Of a stretch of DNA of 49,929 nucleotides, positions 43,959 to 49,929 are shown piece after piece (the first letter of the stretch is position 1; every line of letters starts with the position of its first letter). Source of the stretch: a virus; the UHGV virus genome UHGV-0210343; one strand, given 5' to 3'. A program made the translations under genes and the position numbers. The notes beneath the pieces are model-generated. The model had not been told where the DNA came from, ran no database searches, and saw only the letters and a program-made list of their open reading frames with translations.

Positions 43959-45980
43959 TTAGCTGGCTGGGCGGAGTCGTTCAAACGTAACATTCAGACG
44001 ACGGGTCCCTGATGGTGGAGCGGTGCCGAAACTTATCCCAAACAGAGAAGTTGTTTTTGTAAAGTCAAGGTATCGCATGGTCGTTAACCAGTCAGGGACG
44101 ACAGAAACAATTCGGTAATTTGTGTCAGTAACCTGTTCTGGTAGCGACAAAGTGAAATCCGTAGTAGTGCCGTCGCCAGAAAGACTATATGCCTGGGTCC
44201 GCGACACAATGTACCCCTGGGAATTTCTAATCTGCGGGTCCGCAAGAGTAGCGCCGCCGTAGCTTATTTTACCGTCTCCAGCAGAATCCTGAAAATCGCA
44301 CTCACCTAAGAGAAGGTTCCCGATAGTCCCTGAACTTCCCATCGCTATGTCACGACCCGCATTCCCGTAGAAAGTAACTCCTGATATATCAGGACGGAAG
44401 CATGAAGACAGGTTAGACTGAATATCAATACCGATGCCTGTACTTGTTTTAACAGTTCCAGTTCCATTATCGGTGTAAGTCTGTTTAACACAATTGGTGA
44501 TACTGCCTCCACGTATTTTAAACCCGACGAATCCAGAACAGTAAATACCACTACCACAGCTATCGATGTTAGTATCGGACACACTGCACCGGGTTAAAGA
44601 CCCTAGAGAGCCCACCCCTGACCTTTTACATAACCGAGCCGAGCATCCTTTTATATGGCAGTTATTTATATTGTTTTCTCCCATATAAAATCCATCCTGG
44701 CAATTGACCGACACGCAATTTATAAATTGAGCGTTATCGCATCCATTCATATCACATCCGTTGTCTACACACCCTTCACAATAGGCGCCTTCCACAATAT
44801 GATCGCGACACGTTCCGTTTGCTATCCCGATAAATCCAGCGCGGTAGACCTTATCACCTATAGACCTGCACCCGATAGTCAAGCCTAACGAATCTGCCCT
44901 AAATTTAATGCCATTGCTGCCAGTGTCTCTGATGTCGTTATACCGGGACTCATGGCGTTTACAGTTAGTAATATACTGGCCAGCGGCTGTTTCTACGGCA
45001 CCACCTGTAATGTCCCGGATGGTTGAGTTTAAGCAGAAGGTGTCCTCACACCCTGAAAAATAGGCGCCATAGCTATTAAAATCCCTTACGTCCATGCTTT
45101 CCATCCCCGCACCGGATACGCCTACAGCACTAAAGCATCTACGGATAGCTGTTTGGTTTGCGGAGTTTCCTCGCGCACGGGAATATTTATCATTACCTTT
45201 TAAAACTGAATCATTAGACGAGATAAACATGTGCCCGGAGGCATTAGCCTTATGAGTTAGTGTGACGCGGCCAACGCGAAGCGTAACGCCATCCGGGATG
45301 GTTAACGAGTCAATTACGCAATTAACATCAAAGATAACAACCCCTGTAGTTGCCTGGGCTTTTGCTGACGCCATATTAAATATGAGAGGCGTAACCTCGT
45401 CACCAGAAGCCACCCCATAATCTGAGATTCTCGGCGATGAATTTTGGATGTATTTACCGACAGAAACATCAAGAACCGTGTTTACTAAATCAGCACCCAA
45501 CCCTTCTTCGCTTGAACTGAGGTTTTGACGAAGGGTTGCATCACCAACGCTTACAAGATGAGTTACATCTACCGTCCAAGATGCGCTATTAACCCCCGTA
45601 GTTGTATATGGTGGCGTTGTTGATGAGTTTAATCGCCATAGCTCACCCTGATAACGAATTACCTGATTAAGCTCATTTATTGTATACGGTCCATTTTCAT
45701 AATCTCCTAAAAACTGATATCCAGAGCTTAAAAGAAATTGTTGAAAACGTGCTTCTTTATCAGCCTGTGATGCAACAAATTCTGCCTCACGCTCATCTTG
45801 TGCTGTCTGAAACTGATTATTCCTTCCGGTATTCGTCAGTCTCTGCGCGCCAAATCGGTCGGTGTAGTAATCAGCACTGCCATTGACCTCTTCATCAATC
45901 TTGCCAGCGTTAAATTTCAGGTCGCGCGGGTCTTCAGAGGGGATTGGCTTATTAGTTGGGGTAGTAGCCATCGGCTGCAA
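43959..45980 (-). CDS. Tail fiber/tailspike with a right-handed parallel beta-helix (pectate-lyase-like) central domain
   Basis: Repetitive N..G...G, Cys/Asn-rich segment (NGCDMNGCDNAQFINCVSVNCQDG) typical of beta-helix depolymerase domains; N-terminal anchor domain. Confidence 0.6.
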   Translation of the reverse strand: MQPMATTPTNKPIPSEDPRDLKFNAGKIDEEVNGSADYYTDRFGAQRLTNTGRNNQFQTAQDEREAEFVASQADKEARFQQFLLSSGYQFLGDYENGPYTINELNQVIRYQGELWRLNSSTTPPYTTTGVNSASWTVDVTHLVSVGDATLRQNLSSSEEGLGADLVNTVLDVSVGKYIQNSSPRISDYGVASGDEVTPLIFNMASAKAQATTGVVIFDVNCVIDSLTIPDGVTLRVGRVTLTHKANASGHMFISSNDSVLKGNDKYSRARGNSANQTAIRRCFSAVGVSGAGMESMDVRDFNSYGAYFSGCEDTFCLNSTIRDITGGAVETAAGQYITNCKRHESRYNDIRDTGSNGIKFRADSLGLTIGCRSIGDKVYRAGFIGIANGTCRDHIVEGAYCEGCVDNGCDMNGCDNAQFINCVSVNCQDGFYMGENNINNCHIKGCSARLCKRSGVGSLGSLTRCSVSDTNIDSCGSGIYCSGFVGFKIRGGSITNCVKQTYTDNGTGTVKTSTGIGIDIQSNLSSCFRPDISGVTFYGNAGRDIAMGSSGTIGNLLLGECDFQDSAGDGKISYGGATLADPQIRNSQGYIVSRTQAYSLSGDGTTTDFTLSLPEQVTDTNYRIVSVVPDWLTTMRYLDFTKTTSLFGISFGTAPPSGTRRLNVTFERLRPAS

Positions 45981-46009
45981 TCTCCGTAATCATTAATTGC
46001 CCTATTGTA

Positions 46010-48490
46010 TCACGCAACAGGGTTGGTGTAGGCGTACATAGCATCGTTGTACTCGGTCACAGTCAGTGAGACTGTGCCATCTGTGCCTGGAGTTTTCTGG
46101 CTGACTGTCCATAACGTTGAGTCAAGCTCAACCTCTGTTGAGATGGCATATCTTGATTCTGACTGAACATTAACGCCGTCAAAAATGTTTAACTCGAAGT
46201 CAGATGGTAATGCGCACTCGAATGTATTCAATCCAGTAACGGTACAAGCGAGACGCCCTGACACATTCCCATTGGCGCCAGTAATGACCACAAACAGGCC
46301 GCTTCCTGCCGTGAGCTGTTCACTGGTAGTAAATACGTTTCCAGACCTTGAGCGGATAACGCCTGTTTGCTGTACTGAATCATAAATATCGACAACAGAA
46401 ATCATATCGCCAACGTTCACCCACTCGCCATCAGCAAGCGCTTTTATCTCCATTCCGCGACGTGAGTACATCAGACGATTGCATTCAAGCATGGCCCGGT
46501 CTGTTGCCTGATACAGGTTTCGAACATATAGCATGTCGAATTTTTTCGGCTTAGCTGGCTCTCCCGGTTCGATACCAGAAGTGCCAACTTTATAATAAAC
46601 GTAAGCCTGTTTGTTTGTGTTTGGGTCGCGGTACTGAATGCTTACGCCATCATATGACCCTGGCAAAGTCATGTCATAAGACATTTTATAACCGTCGGCC
46701 TGTGTATTCCTGGTATTGAACACGGTTTCAGGTGTTGATTTTTGCTCATCTCTTGAAAACGATAAAACGCCATCATCCCAAAAAACCGTTACGCGAGCTG
46801 CATCACAGATGGTCTGGATTCGCTCGCCAATTGACTTATCCTCATCGTCAAAGGTGTAATCAAAATAACCAAGACGCTCATCAGGCAGCGCATCAGCTAT
46901 TTCATAGAGCCTGCCTATGTCAATGGTGCTTTCAGGCTGACCAGCAGTAATAAGCCAGTTATGCAGCACTGAATCTGCAAAACTTCTTGATGGAGTTAAC
47001 GTATAGTCGACTGTCCCGGTTATTCTGTTGTATCCAATAGTCCAGCGGGTGATCAGCGCATTATATTTGCGCTCAGTAACTGATGTGGGCTGAAGCGTGG
47101 CCTTCACCGTCACTTTAACAAGGGTGTCATCAGGATAAACCACATTCTCGCGGATGTTGATAGCGTGCGCCGCCTGCAACGTTACGCGGTTGCCAGAGTT
47201 TGAGTTGTTTGTCCTTTCAATGCTGATGGCATACTTAGCCAGCCCATAAGCAGGAGTTAACTTATACGTGCGATAATAGGTTTTTGTCGTCTGATTAAAT
47301 GGGTTATCAATGCTGTCTGCAAGCTGCTCCTCGGTTCCTGGAATGGCATCCCCATTATCATCAACCGCCCATACCTTGATCAGATAATCTGCCGTGCCAC
47401 TGGTCGGCCCAAGTTCAGACTGAACGTGAACCCAAACCTGCGTTGATTCCACAGCCCCAACATATGGGCCAACAACAAGTGCCTCATTATCCACAATCTG
47501 AAAATAAGTGTTGTTGATGGTTGCTCCTGTCAGGTTGCCAAGATTTGCGCCGGTCAGGTTATTGAAGGTGAAATTATAGAAATACTGAATATCAGGAATG
47601 ACGCCTGTCTCAGTTTCCTCAGCTGAAATGATGTTGCCACTAAGCTGGATATTTTCAGTAACTGGCCCGGATGTCGAGTTGTAGGTAATATTTATTGTTA
47701 ATGACACAGAGTGCGGCAAAGAGAGACCCATAAAGTAATCGAAATCAGTGTTTTTTGGTATGACCATTAACAGCTGACCGCCAGCATAATCGCCACTGGT
47801 AACAGATGTCGTGGTCGCTGTCTCTATCGGGGTGTCCTCTGACTCGTTCAGCCCTGGAACTTCCTGACCATCAAGCCCGTCGAACTGGTAAGGCTCAATG
47901 ATTTGTCCAATCACATCACCTGGATTGTAGATGACATGAGTGGCGCCGGGCAGAGAACCAAGATTAGTTTCCGCATAGCGAACCGATGAAATGGTGTATT
48001 TCCCAAGGCCAAAGTTCATGAACTCAGTGACGTACTTCAGATCGTCAATGTATTCAAAAAGCGATTCCTGAATAAGGTCGGGAAATGCCCTTATCTGGCC
48101 GAAGTTGTCAGGTCTTGCCTCTCCGTTTCGCGCAATATTGGTTTGCGACTTCAGGCTGTTATTGGGTGATTCAACCGTCGTGCCAGTGCTGGTTGATGGC
48201 GTTGATGCTTTTGGCAGCAGGAAAGAAAGAACCTTAGTTACAGGCTTGAGTATCGTGCTGATAAGGTCGCCAATGGCGCCGAGAGGCTGACAGTAAATGT
48301 TAACAATATCGTTTTTCTTTAACGATATCGACAATTCATCATCAGGGCCAAAAATGCGGCCATTCAGTGCAATCCTGATGTCAGATGGAAGGCCGGAATT
48401 CTCCAGCCATCTCCACAGATTAGTGCCAGCTGGAACATTACCCGTCTCTTTTGGAACTCCTGGCATCTTCTGAATGTGAATAACCGGCAT
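46010..48490 (-). CDS. Central tail fiber / host-specificity protein (gpJ-like) with a fused N-terminal gpI-like domain
   Basis: The N-terminal ~120 aa resemble lambda gpI (ubiquitin-like start followed by a ...[15 protein letters not shown] segment); large beta-rich remainder. Confidence 0.55.
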   Translation of the reverse strand: MPVIHIQKMPGVPKETGNVPAGTNLWRWLENSGLPSDIRIALNGRIFGPDDELSISLKKNDIVNIYCQPLGAIGDLISTILKPVTKVLSFLLPKASTPSTSTGTTVESPNNSLKSQTNIARNGEARPDNFGQIRAFPDLIQESLFEYIDDLKYVTEFMNFGLGKYTISSVRYAETNLGSLPGATHVIYNPGDVIGQIIEPYQFDGLDGQEVPGLNESEDTPIETATTTSVTSGDYAGGQLLMVIPKNTDFDYFMGLSLPHSVSLTINITYNSTSGPVTENIQLSGNIISAEETETGVIPDIQYFYNFTFNNLTGANLGNLTGATINNTYFQIVDNEALVVGPYVGAVESTQVWVHVQSELGPTSGTADYLIKVWAVDDNGDAIPGTEEQLADSIDNPFNQTTKTYYRTYKLTPAYGLAKYAISIERTNNSNSGNRVTLQAAHAINIRENVVYPDDTLVKVTVKATLQPTSVTERKYNALITRWTIGYNRITGTVDYTLTPSRSFADSVLHNWLITAGQPESTIDIGRLYEIADALPDERLGYFDYTFDDEDKSIGERIQTICDAARVTVFWDDGVLSFSRDEQKSTPETVFNTRNTQADGYKMSYDMTLPGSYDGVSIQYRDPNTNKQAYVYYKVGTSGIEPGEPAKPKKFDMLYVRNLYQATDRAMLECNRLMYSRRGMEIKALADGEWVNVGDMISVVDIYDSVQQTGVIRSRSGNVFTTSEQLTAGSGLFVVITGANGNVSGRLACTVTGLNTFECALPSDFELNIFDGVNVQSESRYAISTEVELDSTLWTVSQKTPGTDGTVSLTVTEYNDAMYAYTNPVA

Positions 48491-48917
48491 AAGTCAGGAA
48501 CCTTAATTTTGTTGATAATTTTTCGAGTGTTTTAAGGCGGTCTGTCTTGACTGCCGTTTTCTCTCGCGCATGCAGTATTTTATCACGACCCCACCACAGC
48601 GCGACATGTACCGGATGACTTCCGCGATAGGCAACCACCACATCGCCAGTTTTTGGATGATCGGTGTCTTTCCAGAATGAAACTTCTCCATTGAAACAAG
48701 TGACAAAATCGCCGCCACTTGAATATGAATCATCGTGATGAACATTGACATTCATGCACAGGCGATAGAACAGCACCACCAGACCCCAGCAGTCCACCGC
48801 GTCAACGTGACAACACCTGTCGACGTATGGCTTGCCAAGCATCATCCTCTCAAAATAGTCAAACGGTACGCAATCCGGGGAATTCTGTGATGTCATAAAG
48901 TTTTGCCACGTTGCCAT
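48438..48917 (-). CDS. Tail tip assembly protein, NlpC/P60-like (gpK-like)
   Basis: VDCWGLVV with a downstream His, a papain-like Cys-His arrangement; position. Confidence 0.45.
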   Translation of the reverse strand: MATWQNFMTSQNSPDCVPFDYFERMMLGKPYVDRCCHVDAVDCWGLVVLFYRLCMNVNVHHDDSYSSGGDFVTCFNGEVSFWKDTDHPKTGDVVVAYRGSHPVHVALWWGRDKILHAREKTAVKTDRLKTLEKLSTKLRFLTYAGYSHSEDARSSKRDG

Positions 48918-49329
48918 TGATTGGGTTTTTTATGGAGATGGAGACAGTCACATCAGACTGATCAAGCGTCACATCGTTCACATAAAGCGTATATGGTTTT
49001 AATGGTGTGTCTTTGTCGGTCTCGTCAAAACGCTGGTATAACGCAGTGATAGGCTCAATACGTCCAGAGCCTGACCATAACTTTAAATATTGCTTAAAGT
49101 CATTAGCCAGCCGTGCAAACTTCAGCGTGGCATTAATTACCGGCGTGTTCGATTGCTGACTTCTGGTCACGTCCATGCGCACTGGCTGGTAAGTCTGACC
49201 GCCAAGTACAATATCAGAAAACTCATTACCGACTAGCCGGACATAACCAAATGAAGAATGATAAAAGGTTATGGTGTCATACAGCTTCCAGTTTGGCCTT
49301 TTTGACTGGTATTCACGCAATGTTGGCAT
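48859..49329 (-). CDS. Minor tail protein (gpL-like)
   Basis: GQTYQPV motif resembling lambda gpL RQYQPYP; position. Confidence 0.4.
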   Translation of the reverse strand: MPTLREYQSKRPNWKLYDTITFYHSSFGYVRLVGNEFSDIVLGGQTYQPVRMDVTRSQQSNTPVINATLKFARLANDFKQYLKLWSGSGRIEPITALYQRFDETDKDTPLKPYTLYVNDVTLDQSDVTVSISIKNPINGNVAKLYDITEFPGLRTV

Positions 49330-49802
49330 TATGGATACTCCGGCAAATCCCTGTTAACGACTTCATCAAGCCATGAATACCATCTCTCATCAAGCTCAAC
49401 AAGCACATCATCAAACTCATCCATGGAGTTATTGAGGGTTTTACAGATGACATTTCCAGTCCATGTAACGATGCCACCATTGATGCTGGTTTGAACTGGA
49501 TAGTCAGTAAAATGTAATGTCTGTTTTTGCCTGCCGCTGCCACCAAGGTCGATATCCATCGTAAACCATTCATTACAGTGGTTGAGGTATTTTGAACTTC
49601 TTAACCACTGCATAAAAGCACGCTCCTGCTCCAGGGTGAAGACCCATGTAAGGCTCCATGTTACTGCAACGTCGGTCGTTAACTTTTGAAAAATTGGCGC
49701 CCCAACCGCAGGCTGATCGCTGCGGAATGGGGTTTGAGTCGTCATGTTCTTGCTGGCCCGCTGCGCAAGCGGTAGCCATGATGGATAAGGGATAGCCATA
49801 GC
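49329..49802 (-). CDS. Minor tail protein (gpM-like / distal tail); the ORF is open to 49847 and the likely start is MAIPYPS at 49802 (GGAG SD)
   Basis: Position immediately after the tape measure gene if the window is wrapped. Confidence 0.4.
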   Translation of the reverse strand, partial: AMAIPYPSWLPLAQRASKNMTTQTPFRSDQPAVGAPIFQKLTTDVAVTWSLTWVFTLEQERAFMQWLRSSKYLNHCNEWFTMDIDLGGSGRQKQTLHFTDYPVQTSINGGIVTWTGNVICKTLNNSMDEFDDVLVELDERWYSWLDEVVNRDLPEYP

Positions 49803-49929
49803 AGTCTCCATTTTGTATTGTTGTATTTTAGCACGTTGATGGTACAATCACAGTGCAGCTAGTCCGGCCAGACGAAAAGATGAACGTAGACATCCTGCTG
49901 CACCCTCACTCTACGAACCTGCTACGAGG

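Noticed and set aside
1-49929. 7-deazaguanine (DpdA/QueC/QueD/QueE/FolE) or phosphorothioation (DndACDE) gene sets that would partner the DGQHR protein
   Set aside because: I looked for TGT-like, radical-SAM and cysteine desulfurase signatures among all ORFs over 150 aa and found none. The DGQHR/ParB pair appears orphan.
1-49929. Integrase, CI/Cro-like repressor pair, attachment site or bacterial flanking genes (prophage hypothesis)
   Set aside because: No tyrosine or serine recombinase motifs and no HTH repressor next to divergent promoters typical of immunity regions. The whole window is phage-like, consistent with a virulent phage genome rather than an integrated element.

Overview
The window looks like a virulent tailed dsDNA phage genome of T1-like (Drexlerviridae-like) architecture, possibly complete and opened inside the tail module. 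The gene content supports this: large tape-measure protein, lambda-like tail-tip genes (M/L/K/I-J), Ig-domain major tail protein, HK97-type capsid module, T4-like large terminase, portal, Dam methylase, Erf + PD-(D/E)XK exonuclease + SSB recombination module, SF2 helicase, Zn-ribbon/Toprim primase, and a lysis cassette with embedded Rz/Rz1. The two ends are syntenic: tail-tip genes at 46010-49802 lie downstream of the tape-measure gene at 692-3625 once the window is wrapped. No integrase, CI-like repressor, bacterial flank or CRISPR array was seen. Structural and late genes sit on the minus strand. They are interrupted by several plus-strand cassettes, each bounded by its own promoter and a bidirectional hairpin terminator. 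A three-tRNA cluster (Ser-GCU, Arg-UCU, Met/Ile-CAU) sits inside the tail genes on the opposite strand. At least five free-standing homing endonucleases are scattered through the genome. The most notable items are: (1) a cassette encoding two ParB/Srx-fold proteins, one with a DGQHR (DndB-like) motif, inside the neck/tail genes; (2) two strand-correlated promoter classes, a TTGACGTAGATTGA family and an extended -10 TGnTATAAT family; (3) an AT-rich region with DnaA-box-like iterons upstream of replication genes; (4) an HslV-like Ntn-hydrolase ORF in a nine-gene cluster between terminase and portal; (5) a terminator hairpin that overlaps the portal promoter; (6) a Lar-like anti-restriction gene cluster. 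All functional calls rest on motif recognition by eye and need HMM or BLAST confirmation.
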